Origin: an uncultured Clostridia bacterium
GTDB lineage: Bacteria; Bacillota_I; Bacilli_A; RF39; UBA660
Assembly (NCBI GenBank): GCA_948433435.1
Contig: CAOJDX010000001.1
Span: forward strand, 17,564 to 81,563
Direction of reading: 5' to 3'
DNA length: 64,000 bases
A model generated the notes under the pieces. The model was not told the origin of the DNA. It saw only the letters and a program-made list of their open reading frames with translations, and did not search any database. The first letter of the stretch is position 1, and each line of letters begins with the position of its first letter. Shown here piece by piece: positions 1 to 9,483 of this stretch. A program made the translations under genes and the position numbers.

Positions 1-2
1 AT

Positions 3-1025
3 AGAATTAAGTCTTTAATTGTTATTGCAGTAATGATTTTACTAATAGTTAGTTTAGTAGATATATATTTAAAAGCTAAAAGAAAAAAAGAAGATCAAAT
101 TGCCTTTGAAAAGGGGAAAATTGCCGATAAAGAAACTTATCAAATTAAAAGAGAAAATAATAAATATGTAATTCAAAGTTCAAAATTGAAAGATAAAACT
201 TTACAGCATATATTTTATGATAATACAAGTGTTTATTTATATTATGATAACGAAGAAAAAGCTACTTTATTGAAATATAATGTAGAGGCTAATAAGGTAA
301 TTATGATTTATGAAGATTCTTTAGAAGCTCATGGTGGAATGGAGAAAATAGGTAAATATTATAAAATAGGTAATGCCATTTATAATTCGAAATTTAAAAA
401 GATAAAAGATTATCCAGTGTTAGAAGATGGTGAGTTGTTATATCCAAACTTAAAAAATACTTTAATTAAGACTGAGGAAGGGGTATTTATTAAAGATTTG
501 GCTAATAATGAAAGAAAAGAAGTAATTCAAAATACAGATAGTAAAATATATAGTCCTTACAATATCAAGAGTGATGGGGAATATATTTTATTGAATAAAG
601 AAGAAGAAAATAAGAATTATATTGTTGTTTTGAATAAGGAAAATGAGGTGATTAATACATTTGATAATAATAAGGAAGAGATTAAAAAGTCTTTTCTATT
701 ATTGGATGATGTTCCTTATTTGTTGGAAACAAATGAAAAAGATTCTAAATTATCTTATAAAATATATAATGCTAAAACTTTAGATTTGACCTATAAATCA
801 TCAACTAAATTGGATCATTATTTGTTCGATGATACTAAATTTCTTTCTAATGATCAGTCTGGAAATTTAAAATTAATTGATTATGTTACTAAAGAAGAAA
901 AAGTTCTTATTAAAAAAGAGAATAAAATGCCTATTGCGAAAGATTTTATTTTAGCAAGTGATGGATATTCTTTAGTTCTTACATTAAAGGATAGGGATAA
1001 TGAGTTTTATATATTTTATTTATAG
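3..1025 (+). CDS. hypothetical membrane-anchored protein (5' end outside window)
   Basis: The reading frame is open from nt 3, so the true start is upstream of the window. A hydrophobic N-terminal stretch (IKSLIVIAVMILLIVSLV) is followed by a Lys-rich juxtamembrane segment and an Asn/Lys/Tyr-rich body. No family recognised. Confidence 0.45.
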   Translation, partial: RIKSLIVIAVMILLIVSLVDIYLKAKRKKEDQIAFEKGKIADKETYQIKRENNKYVIQSSKLKDKTLQHIFYDNTSVYLYYDNEEKATLLKYNVEANKVIMIYEDSLEAHGGMEKIGKYYKIGNAIYNSKFKKIKDYPVLEDGELLYPNLKNTLIKTEEGVFIKDLANNERKEVIQNTDSKIYSPYNIKSDGEYILLNKEEENKNYIVVLNKENEVINTFDNNKEEIKKSFLLLDDVPYLLETNEKDSKLSYKIYNAKTLDLTYKSSTKLDHYLFDDTKFLSNDQSGNLKLIDYVTKEEKVLIKKENKMPIAKDFILASDGYSLVLTLKDRDNEFYIFYL

Positions 1026-1676
1026 GTGATTTATTTTCGGTACATATCTTTTATTGATTTTTAAAGTATTTCTTTTGATGAGTTTTGTTTAGAAATGAAC
1101 AAATAAAGAATATTTCTTGTTCAATTGATCTTTTTTCAAATGACAAGAGTTATTTGAGGATTTTTGGAATTATTAAGTCATGCCTTTTATGGTGAATGGA
1201 TATTTATTGATTTTTTACTAATTTAAGAATAATATATAAATGATATTTCTGTATCTATGGTTAATAAAGATTTATATTATTTTTTTATTGCTATTATTAG
1301 AGTGTTGTGATCAATTAAAAATAAAGTGTGAATAAGTTTTGTACATGTTTTTTTGAAGAAACTAGATTATGTTAGGAAAATTGAACGGGATTATTTGTTT
1401 TTTTCAGAGAATAACAATATGGGTAATATTGAAAACATAAAAAACAATCTAATAAAGTAAAGTAGAAATAAGTGATTGCTGATTTTACTGATCATTTTGA
1501 TGGTAAAATTTTTTTGTTTAGATAAAAAATGAATATTAAAGTGTTAAATTTTGTCAAGAAGAACTGAAGTTATTTACTTTCTTTTTTATCAATGTTAAAC
1601 TAAGAGTATAAGAATATAGGTGTGATAGTAAGAACCATATGTTCTTATTTCAGTAATATTAATAGGAGGTGTTAAA

Positions 1677-1970
1677 GTGGCTCAAGGTACTTTTATGATG
1701 GATCCAGGACAGATTCAACAAAGTGGAGCAAGATTCCAAAATTTTTCTAATGAATATGCTAACTTAATGAATAGTTTACGTTCTACAATAGAAGATTTGG
1801 GAAGTTGTTGGAAATCAGAAGATTATAATCAATTTGTAGCAATTTATCAGCAAAATGCAGAGACGATTGATCAAATGAGTAAGGCATTTGCTTCGTTTGG
1901 TGAAATTTTAACAGAAACAGGAACTGGCGCTACACAAGCTAGTGAAGATCTTAGATCATCATTTAATTAA
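1677..1970 (+). CDS. WXG100 (ESAT-6/EsxA)-like small helical protein
   Basis: 97 aa with a GTG start 7 nt after TAGGAGGTG. Predicted helix-turn-helix with a central Trp (CWKSED, W-x-S rather than W-x-G). It sits with a second WXG-like gene, an LXG-like gene and DUF4176. Confidence 0.6.
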   Translation: MAQGTFMMDPGQIQQSGARFQNFSNEYANLMNSLRSTIEDLGSCWKSEDYNQFVAIYQQNAETIDQMSKAFASFGEILTETGTGATQASEDLRSSFN

Positions 1971-1986
1971 GAGAGGAGATGTGAAT

Positions 1987-2307
1987 ATGAACGGTACAAC
2001 ATTTGATCATGGAAAAGCAGTTCAAGATGCTGAACAAATTTTAAGTATTGCTAGTCGAGTAGAATCATTGTTTAGTGAAACTGATGCTGAAATTCAGAAA
2101 GTGCAACAATACTGGCAAACTACAACAGCAGCACAATCAGCAGATAATGCAGTTTCATTATATAATAGTTATAAAGCTAATTTTGCTAATTTTTTAAGTA
2201 AAATTAAGGAAAAAGCAAACGAAATTTATCGTTCTAGTGAAACTTATACTGGTGTAGAATCTGCAGCAAATAAAGCAGTTGATGCTGGATATCAAATTAA
2301 TGGATAG
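1987..2307 (+). CDS. second WXG100-like small helical protein
   Basis: ATG at 1987 lies 8 nt after GAGAGGAG; the ORF-track start at 1942 overlaps the previous gene and has no RBS. 106 aa, helical, central Trp (QQYWQTT). Confidence 0.5.
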   Translation: MNGTTFDHGKAVQDAEQILSIASRVESLFSETDAEIQKVQQYWQTTTAAQSADNAVSLYNSYKANFANFLSKIKEKANEIYRSSETYTGVESAANKAVDAGYQING

Positions 2308-2397
2308 GAATATATTGCATATATGCAATATATTGTAAGTGAAAGAGTCTAAACTCTTTTATTTACAATGTTTTACATATTGAATGGAGGAATAAAA

Positions 2398-2955
2398 ATG
2401 GCAGAGATTAGAAGTATTGAAGATTGTTTTGACTATCATGGTGAAATAACTAAAGTTTTAGCTAGAATAACTGATTTTACATCTAAATTAAACAATGAAA
2501 GAAAGAATTTGAATAATAATGATCAATATTATGGAGCAAAGACTTTTTCTTGTGGGAATTATGTTCCTATTAAAACAAAAATGAAAGCAATAGATGCAGA
2601 TATATTACTAGTAATTAATGATTTAAAAGATGCTTACAAAAGTATTAAAACAAGTTTCTACAATAAGGCAGTAAATGATCTTAATCAATTGATAAATTAT
2701 TGTGATCAAAAAATTAATAAATATGAGCAAATGAAAGCTGAAATAACTAGAAATCAGAAAAAGTCTCCTGTTACTGATGGAAAAGTTCTTCCTAATTTTA
2801 ATAAAGAATCGACAATTTCTTTTGAATCTGTTATTTCTAGTGCTGATAAAGTTGCTTATGAGCTAGGAATAAAAAATAAGGTAATTGCTCAAAAAAAATT
2901 AAAACAGATTGAAATTGAATATAACGGGACAACAGGGGAGGAAATATTCGCATGA
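2398..2955 (+). CDS. hypothetical alpha-helical/coiled-coil protein (possible LXG-associated targeting factor)
   Basis: ATG at 2398 is preceded by GGAGGA. 185 aa, Lys/Asn-rich and helical. Its stop overlaps the next start (ATGA), implying translational coupling to the LXG-like gene. Confidence 0.45.
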   Translation: MAEIRSIEDCFDYHGEITKVLARITDFTSKLNNERKNLNNNDQYYGAKTFSCGNYVPIKTKMKAIDADILLVINDLKDAYKSIKTSFYNKAVNDLNQLINYCDQKINKYEQMKAEITRNQKKSPVTDGKVLPNFNKESTISFESVISSADKVAYELGIKNKVIAQKKLKQIEIEYNGTTGEEIFA

Positions 2956-4544
2956 GTACAATGGAAATGAATATAAACTATGATAATTTAGAGGAATGTT
3001 TAATTATTTTAGAAAAATCAAATCGTAATTTTTCAGATTTGGCAGAGGAAATCTTAGTGATTCAGAAAGAATTTAAGAGTACTTACTCTGATGTGGATGG
3101 TATAGCAGATGCTATTAGAGGTACTGAACGTGCATATTATGATATATGTGAACAAGTACTGCATGATGAGGGAAATGCTATGGCTATGATTAACGATATT
3201 ATCAGAAGGTTTGATTCTTTAGAAAAAGATGCAAATGGTAAGGCTAATGTTGATCGTGATAAGTATTTAAAAATGTTAAAAGAATTTAGTTATAGTTATG
3301 GAATTCCAAATTCAAGTCAGTCAATGTTAGGTGGAGTTTTAGGTGGAGCGATAAGTTCTATGATTTCTCAAGCTGCTAATCAAGTTTCTAGTGATTCTCC
3401 TGATAATCTTACGGCGGGTATCACTTCTGTTATGAATGAAGCTCTTAGAGAAGATGAAATTGATCCTGGTAATTCTTCTACAACTTCGGCTGAAGTATCT
3501 ACTAGTTCAGCAAGTATCTCTACTAGCTCGTCAGGATTTTCTTCTCCTGTTGCTAGTGCTAGTATTCCTACCTATCAAACCAATGCTACCGTTGCTAGTA
3601 CTGGTGTACTAGCTAGTCCAGTAGTAGCTAATGCTAGTAAAACTGCTAGAACTTATATTGATTCTACTAAAGAATCGGTTAAAAGAAAGAAAAAGAAAGT
3701 TGAAAAAAATTTAGTTAAAGAATCTATTGAAGATCTACGTGATGATGATCGAAATCTTACATATGAAGAGGTGGGCCCTAAACCACCTATGCCTAAACCT
3801 AAATTACCTATTGTTGAAGAACAAATACCAACACCAGAACCAGGTCCACAAGTTCCTTCTGCAGATATTCCACCTACTGATATTCCAACCGATAATAATA
3901 ATCCTGCTGATAATATAACTACTGAAAATCCATCTGTTAATAATGATACTCAACCAAGTTATACTAATCAATCTAATAGTGGTACAAATCTTGGTGGAGT
4001 AAAGCAAACAGTAGCTGTAAAGAAACCTGTTTTTGCTCAGAATTCAACTGCTGTAAGTGATAGTAGCAGTGGTATTGTTGGTGATAGTGTAACTCCAATT
4101 ACTGATAGCATTAATAATGGGAATACAACTGATTTGTTTGACACAACAACGGATGATTTTTCAAGATTTGAAGATTCGATTTCTTCAGTGGGTAATAATT
4201 CTTCAACTGGTGGTTCAGGTGTAATTCCTATTGTCGCTGGTCTTGGGGCTGCAGCAGCAGTTGGTGTGGGAGCTAAAATTTATAAAGATAGAAAAGAAAA
4301 TAATGATTTAGATTTAAATGAAGATCGTTTATCTAATGAAAATAAATTTTGGACTACAGAGGATAGTATGGTTATTCATAGCGAAAAGGATGAATATGAT
4401 GGAAATATTGATTATTCTGTTGGCGAAGATACTCCTTCCTATACAGCTGTTGACAATTCTATAGATGATAGTCAAAAGGATACCTGGGAGATATCTGATG
4501 TGGATAGTAGTAATCAGATGATAGATTTGTTAGGAAATGAGTAG
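2952..4544 (+). CDS. LXG-like N-terminal domain protein with Ser/Thr/Pro/Asn-rich disordered region and C-terminal TM anchor
   Basis: 530 aa with no N-terminal signal peptide. The N-terminal ~110 aa are helical (DVDGIADAIRGTERAYYDICEQVLH resembles the LXG core). Long low-complexity S/T/N region, a Pro-rich block (KPPMPKPKLP...PEPGPQVP), one TM segment (VIPIVAGLGAAAAVGVGAKIY, nt ~4219-4281), then an acidic tail. Confidence 0.5.
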   Translation: MSTMEMNINYDNLEECLIILEKSNRNFSDLAEEILVIQKEFKSTYSDVDGIADAIRGTERAYYDICEQVLHDEGNAMAMINDIIRRFDSLEKDANGKANVDRDKYLKMLKEFSYSYGIPNSSQSMLGGVLGGAISSMISQAANQVSSDSPDNLTAGITSVMNEALREDEIDPGNSSTTSAEVSTSSASISTSSSGFSSPVASASIPTYQTNATVASTGVLASPVVANASKTARTYIDSTKESVKRKKKKVEKNLVKESIEDLRDDDRNLTYEEVGPKPPMPKPKLPIVEEQIPTPEPGPQVPSADIPPTDIPTDNNNPADNITTENPSVNNDTQPSYTNQSNSGTNLGGVKQTVAVKKPVFAQNSTAVSDSSSGIVGDSVTPITDSINNGNTTDLFDTTTDDFSRFEDSISSVGNNSSTGGSGVIPIVAGLGAAAAVGVGAKIYKDRKENNDLDLNEDRLSNENKFWTTEDSMVIHSEKDEYDGNIDYSVGEDTPSYTAVDNSIDDSQKDTWEISDVDSSNQMIDLLGNE

Positions 4545-4553
4545 GAGGAGTTT

Positions 4554-4886
4554 ATGGAAGAAATAAATTATTTACCAATTGGTACAGTTGTTTTGCTAAA
4601 GGGTGGTTCAAAGAAAGTAATGATTAATGGTTTTTGTGTAATTCCTAATGATAATCAACATAAGTTGTATGATTATTCTGGTTGTTTATATCCTGAAGGA
4701 ATTATTAATTCTAATGAGGTATGTTTATTTAATAGGGAACAAATAGATAGAATTTTTTTTAGGGGATATGAAAATGAAGAGGAAGTTATTTTTAAGGAAG
4801 AGCTTATTAAATCTATTGGTGATTTTCAATTAGATCAAGATCATAATATTATCGATGATCATTTATCTATTAGTGAGCTTCAATAA
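4554..4886 (+). CDS. DUF4176 family protein (T7SS-associated)
   Basis: 110 aa with RBS AGGAGGAG upstream. Hallmark motifs LPIGTVVLLKGG..KVMI, YDYSGCLYPEG, FNREQID.IFFRGYENEEE. Confidence 0.7.
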   Translation: MEEINYLPIGTVVLLKGGSKKVMINGFCVIPNDNQHKLYDYSGCLYPEGIINSNEVCLFNREQIDRIFFRGYENEEEVIFKEELIKSIGDFQLDQDHNIIDDHLSISELQ

Positions 4887-4989
4887 GTTATAAATACATA
4901 TTGAAGTTTTTTATGAAATCTCTTTATTTATATTTTATATAAATTTTCTTTTTTTGATTAATTGGATTTATTTTTATTATTCTATTTAT

Positions 4990-5014
4990 AACTTGGAGAA
5001 ATCCAAGTTTTTTG
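4990..5014 (+). terminator. rho-independent terminator after the DUF4176 gene
   Basis: Perfect 8-bp stem AACTTGGA/TCCAAGTT with a GAAA loop, followed by a T-run. Confidence 0.7.
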
Positions 5015-5021
5015 GTATAAT
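5013..5021 (+). promoter_or_regulatory. extended -10 promoter element for lepA
   Basis: TGgTATAAT lies ~20 nt upstream of the lepA start, immediately after the terminator. Confidence 0.4.
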
Positions 5022-5041
5022 TTTTATAGTGTGGTGATTAG

Positions 5042-6853
5042 ATGAAACAGAATAATATTAGAAATTTTTCCATTATTGCACACATTGATCATGGAAAAAG
5101 TACTTTGGCAGATAGAATTTTGGAAGAATGTGGCTCTGTTACTAAAAGAGAAGCTAAGGATCAAATACTTGATTCTATGGATATTGAAAGGGAACGAGGT
5201 ATTACTATTAAGCTTAATACAGCGACAATGCAGTATACTTATGCAGGTGAAGAATATTTGCTTAATTTGATTGATACTCCAGGACATGTTGATTTTTCGT
5301 ATGAAGTTAGTAGAAGTTTGGCCTCTAGTGATGGAGCTATTTTAGTAGTAGATGCTACTCAAGGAATTGAGGCTCAGACATTGGCTAATTTATATCTGGC
5401 AATGGAAAATGAGCTTACGATTATTCCTGTTATCAATAAAATAGATTTACCTAATGCTAATATTGAAAAGGTAAAAAAAGAGTTGATTGATTTAGTTGGT
5501 TTTAAAGATGAAGAAATAGTTTTAACTAGTGCTAAAACAGGTGTTGGAATTCGGGCTTTAGTTGAGGCTATTATTAAATATATCCCAGCACCTACTGGTG
5601 ATGTTATGAAACCTTTACAAGCTTTGATCTTTGATAGTATCTTTGATAGTTATAGAGGAGTTATTATTTCTAGTCGTATTGTTAATGGTTGCCTAAAAGT
5701 AGGAGATACGATTAAAATGCATCAATCTGATAAGGAATATATTGTAACAGAACTTTTTATCACAACTCCTAAAGAAAAAACAGTAAAACAGTTATCTGTT
5801 GGAGAGGTTGGTCATATTGTTGGTTCAATTAAAGATATAGCAACTGTTAAAGTTGGTGATACAATTACTAGTTTAGAAAATTATACAGATTTATCATTAC
5901 CAGGTTATAAACCAATGAAGTCAATGGTTTTTTGTGGACTATATCCAATTGAAAGTGTTAAATTTGAAGCTTTGAGAGAAAGTTTAAATAAACTTAAATT
6001 AAATGATGCTTCTCTTGAATTTGTTCCAGAAACTTCGACTGCCTTGGGTTTTGGTTTTCGTTGTGGTTTTTTAGGACTTTTACATATGGATATTATAAAG
6101 GAAAGAATTACAAGAGAATTTGGAATAGATATTATTACGACTGCTCCTAGTGTTATTTATGAGGTGATTTTAACTAGTGGTGATATTTTAGAAATTTCTG
6201 CCCCAAATTTAATGCCTGATAAAAGTAAAATTAAAGAAGTTAGGGAACCATATATTAAAACTAATATTTTTGCTCCTAGCAATTATATTGGTTCTATTAT
6301 GGAATTGTGTCAGGAAAGGCGTGGAACTTATATAGGAATTGATTATATTGATTCTACTCGTGTTAATATTCATTATGAACTACCTTTATCGGAAGTTGTT
6401 TATGATTTTTTTGATCGACTAAAATCGGCAACAAAAGGTTATGCTTCTTTTGATTATGAAATAATTGGCTATAAGTGTAGTAATCTTGTTAAAATGGATA
6501 TTTTATTAAATAGTGAAGTCATTGATGCTTTAAGTATTATTGTTCATAAAGATTTTGCCTATTATAGAGGAAAAAGTGTGGTGGAACATTTAAAGGAAAG
6601 CATTCCTAGACAGCTTTTTGAAATTCCTATTCAGGCAGCTATTGGAACTCATATCATTGCTAGAAGTACAGTCAAAGCTTTAAGGAAAGATGTGCTTGCT
6701 AAGTGTTATGGAGGGGATGTATCTCGAAAGAAAAAACTTTTAGAGAAGCAAAAAGCAGGTAAAAAGAAGATGAAGAGAATAGGTAGTGTAGAATTACCAC
6801 AGGAAGCTTTTATGAGTGTTTTAAGTGTTGATGGAGATAATCATGTTAAGTAA
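5042..6853 (+). CDS. lepA: elongation factor 4 (LepA)
   Basis: 603 aa. GTPase motifs [31 protein letters not shown], and a conserved LepA C-terminal region. Confidence 0.95.
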   Translation: MKQNNIRNFSIIAHIDHGKSTLADRILEECGSVTKREAKDQILDSMDIERERGITIKLNTATMQYTYAGEEYLLNLIDTPGHVDFSYEVSRSLASSDGAILVVDATQGIEAQTLANLYLAMENELTIIPVINKIDLPNANIEKVKKELIDLVGFKDEEIVLTSAKTGVGIRALVEAIIKYIPAPTGDVMKPLQALIFDSIFDSYRGVIISSRIVNGCLKVGDTIKMHQSDKEYIVTELFITTPKEKTVKQLSVGEVGHIVGSIKDIATVKVGDTITSLENYTDLSLPGYKPMKSMVFCGLYPIESVKFEALRESLNKLKLNDASLEFVPETSTALGFGFRCGFLGLLHMDIIKERITREFGIDIITTAPSVIYEVILTSGDILEISAPNLMPDKSKIKEVREPYIKTNIFAPSNYIGSIMELCQERRGTYIGIDYIDSTRVNIHYELPLSEVVYDFFDRLKSATKGYASFDYEIIGYKCSNLVKMDILLNSEVIDALSIIVHKDFAYYRGKSVVEHLKESIPRQLFEIPIQAAIGTHIIARSTVKALRKDVLAKCYGGDVSRKKKLLEKQKAGKKKMKRIGSVELPQEAFMSVLSVDGDNHVK

Positions 6854-7106
6854 GGAAAGACAGGATTTGGTAGATGCAAAAATTTTAAAAACAGTGCAGG
6901 TCTTTTTAGATTATCATTGTAGAATTAGTGATCAAAGATTAGGGGAAGTTTTACAAATTCCAAAGTCAACTGTAGGCAGATATTTAACAAGCGAGAGGAC
7001 AAAACAATTGATTGGAATAGATAATTATGCTTATATTAAAAAGGAACGAAATGTGAATAAGTTATTAGGAAGAAGAAAAGGGGGAAGCAAAAAGAGTAAT
7101 GGTTAA
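6843..7106 (+). CDS. small HTH DNA-binding protein, SpoIIID-like
   Basis: 87 aa from the ATG at 6843 (RBS GGAGA; ORF-track start is 6825). The [17 protein letters not shown] resembles SpoIIID VSKSTVHKDLTERL. Basic C-terminal tail. Confidence 0.35.
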   Translation: MLSKERQDLVDAKILKTVQVFLDYHCRISDQRLGEVLQIPKSTVGRYLTSERTKQLIGIDNYAYIKKERNVNKLLGRRKGGSKKSNG

Positions 7107-8184
7107 AGCAGTTTATATTCATATTCCTTTCTGTAAAACGATATGTACCTATTGTAGTTTTTGTAAATTATATTATGACAAAGATTTGGCAGACAAATAT
7201 TTATTAGCATTAAAAAGGGAAATAGAGACACTTTATCAAAAAGAAAGAATTTCTACTATTTATATTGGTGGAGGAACTCCTAGTGATCTTACTATTGAAC
7301 AATTGCAATATTTGTTAGACATTACTCAAATATTGCAAAAGGATCAGGAGTATGAATTTACTTTTGAATGTAATTGTGATATTGATGAGTCAAAACTAAG
7401 ATTACTTAAGAGCTATGGGGTTAATCGTCTTAGTTTTGGTATAGAAACAGTTCATTCTGATTATTTAAAGATTTTGGGGAGAAAAGGCAGTCACAAAGAT
7501 ATTATTGCTAAAATTCAATTATGTCGTAGTTTGGGTTTTGATTGTATTAATGGAGATTTAATGTATGCCTTTCATTTGGAAAGTATTGATATCTTAAAAA
7601 AAGATTTAGAGTTTCTTGTAAAACTAAATTTAGAACATATATCAACTTATTCCTTAATGATTGAGGAACATACCAAACTTTATTTGGATGGTTTTGAAAA
7701 TTGTGATGAGGAACTTGATGCTAAAATGTATTATTATATTCATGATATTTTGCAAAAACATGGATACTATCATTATGAAGTGAGTAATTTTAGCAAAAAG
7801 AATTGTTTTTCTAAGCACAATATGACTTATTGGAAAAATTTGGAGTATTATGGATTTGGGCTAGGAGCTTCTGGCTATATTGGAAAAATTCGCTATACTA
7901 ATACCAAGAGTTTTCAAAATTATATTGCTGGAAAGTATCGATATCAGGAAGAAGTAATAGATAAAAAGGATAAAATGTGTTATGAACTTATTTTAGGTCT
8001 TAGAACAAAAGAGGGAATTAATCAAAGAGAATTTTTTCAAAAATATCAAATTATAGTAGAAAAGGCATTTGATATAGATGATCTTATTAGAGATAAGTAT
8101 TTGGTAAAGGATAATGAAAGAATTTATATTCCTTGTGATAAATGGTATGTGATGAATTCAATATTAGAAAGGTTTGTGGAGTAG
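7099..8184 (+). CDS. hemW: radical SAM heme chaperone HemW / HemN-like
   Basis: 361 aa. N-terminal radical-SAM cluster motif CKTICTYCSFC, GGGTPS, HemN_C-like tail. lepA-hemN/W adjacency is conserved in Bacillota. Confidence 0.85.
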   Translation: MVKAVYIHIPFCKTICTYCSFCKLYYDKDLADKYLLALKREIETLYQKERISTIYIGGGTPSDLTIEQLQYLLDITQILQKDQEYEFTFECNCDIDESKLRLLKSYGVNRLSFGIETVHSDYLKILGRKGSHKDIIAKIQLCRSLGFDCINGDLMYAFHLESIDILKKDLEFLVKLNLEHISTYSLMIEEHTKLYLDGFENCDEELDAKMYYYIHDILQKHGYYHYEVSNFSKKNCFSKHNMTYWKNLEYYGFGLGASGYIGKIRYTNTKSFQNYIAGKYRYQEEVIDKKDKMCYELILGLRTKEGINQREFFQKYQIIVEKAFDIDDLIRDKYLVKDNERIYIPCDKWYVMNSILERFVE

Positions 8185-8185
8185 A

Positions 8186-8770
8186 ATGGAAAAAGTAAAG
8201 ATGTTCCAAGAGGAAATTAATTATATTCAAAATAGTAATATTAGAAGGAGTTTAGAAATAATGATTGAAAAACTTCCTGATTATTTTTTTGAAGTAGAAG
8301 CCAGTTCAACTGGAAAATATCATCCTAGCTATGCACTTGGTATGGGAGGACTTTTACGGCATACTAAGGCTGCTGTTAGAATTGCTTATGAGTTATTAAG
8401 CGATCCAGCCATTGGAGATAAGTATACACCAAATGAAAGAGATTTAATGATTATGGGACTTGTTTTGCATGATGGGTTAAAACATGGGTTGGTTCGTGAA
8501 AAGTATGTGAGATTTGATCATCCGTTATTAATGGCGAAGTATGTTGAGGATAATAAAAAAGAATTAAACTTAAATGAAGATGAGATTAAATTGTTGAAAG
8601 AAGTAATTTCAAGTCATATGGGTCCTTGGACTAAGGATTATAAGGGATGTGAGGTTTTACCTAAACCTAAAAGTAAATACCAAAATTTTGTTCATATGTG
8701 TGATTATTTGGCTAGTAGAAAATCTATTCTTTTTCAATTTGATCAGGATAATAATGTTGTGATTTGTTAA
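8186..8770 (+). CDS. HD-domain phosphohydrolase
   Basis: ATG at 8186 after GTGGAG; the ORF-track TTG start at 8174 overlaps hemW. H...HD motif (LRHTKAA...LVLHDGLKHG). Confidence 0.6.
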   Translation: MEKVKMFQEEINYIQNSNIRRSLEIMIEKLPDYFFEVEASSTGKYHPSYALGMGGLLRHTKAAVRIAYELLSDPAIGDKYTPNERDLMIMGLVLHDGLKHGLVREKYVRFDHPLLMAKYVEDNKKELNLNEDEIKLLKEVISSHMGPWTKDYKGCEVLPKPKSKYQNFVHMCDYLASRKSILFQFDQDNNVVIC

Positions 8771-8800
8771 TTTTTTTTAATATAATGGTGAGGTGATTGG

Positions 8801-9460
8801 ATGAAGGGAAAGTTTATTGTAATTGAAGGAACTGATTGTTCTGGGAAGGAAACACAATCTAAATTAATTGAGAAAAGGCTTAAGGAGGAAGGAATACAAT
8901 GTATTCGTTTTAGTTTTCCTATGTATGATACTCCAACTGGAAAAATCGTAGGAGATTGTTATTTGGGAAGGGGTGGTCAGAGTCTTTTTACAGAGGGAGC
9001 GAGTGAGGTTGATCCTCATATTGCAGCTTTATATTTTGCGGCTGATAGAAAGTATAATATGTTGAAGGCTTTAAAATATTATGATGATGGATATTATGTC
9101 ATTTTGGATCGTTATACAAGTTCTAATCAAGCTCATCAAGGTAGTAAAATTATTGATCAAGATGAAAGATTTAATATGTATCAGTGGATTGATAAATTGG
9201 AATATTGGCTTTTAGGTTTACCTAAGCCTGACAAAACGATATATTTACATGTTCCTTCTTTGATTGTTGGGGAACTTTTGAAGAAAAGGAAGGTTAGAGA
9301 TAAACATGAGAGAAACTTGGAGTATTTAAAAAGAAGTGAAGAGTCATATATTGAACTTTCAGAGTTATATGGTTGGGATCGAATTGAATGTGTAGAAGAA
9401 AATATACTCAAATCGATTGAAAGTATTAATGATGAGATTATGGAAATAATAAAAAAATAG
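8801..9460 (+). CDS. tmk: thymidylate kinase-like nucleotide kinase
   Basis: 219 aa. P-loop FIVIEGTDCSGKETQ, DRY motif (LDRYTSSN) and a LID-like basic segment. Confidence 0.75.
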   Translation: MKGKFIVIEGTDCSGKETQSKLIEKRLKEEGIQCIRFSFPMYDTPTGKIVGDCYLGRGGQSLFTEGASEVDPHIAALYFAADRKYNMLKALKYYDDGYYVILDRYTSSNQAHQGSKIIDQDERFNMYQWIDKLEYWLLGLPKPDKTIYLHVPSLIVGELLKKRKVRDKHERNLEYLKRSEESYIELSELYGWDRIECVEENILKSIESINDEIMEIIKK

Positions 9461-9483
9461 GGCATTATTTTGATGCCTTATTT

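Noticed and set aside
3727-4007. Two overlapping 63-67-aa ORFs (one on each strand) inside the LXG-like gene
   Set aside because: They lie wholly within a longer ORF whose low-complexity AT-rich codons leave other frames open. They have no RBS and their composition is Ile/Leu/Asn frame-shadow.
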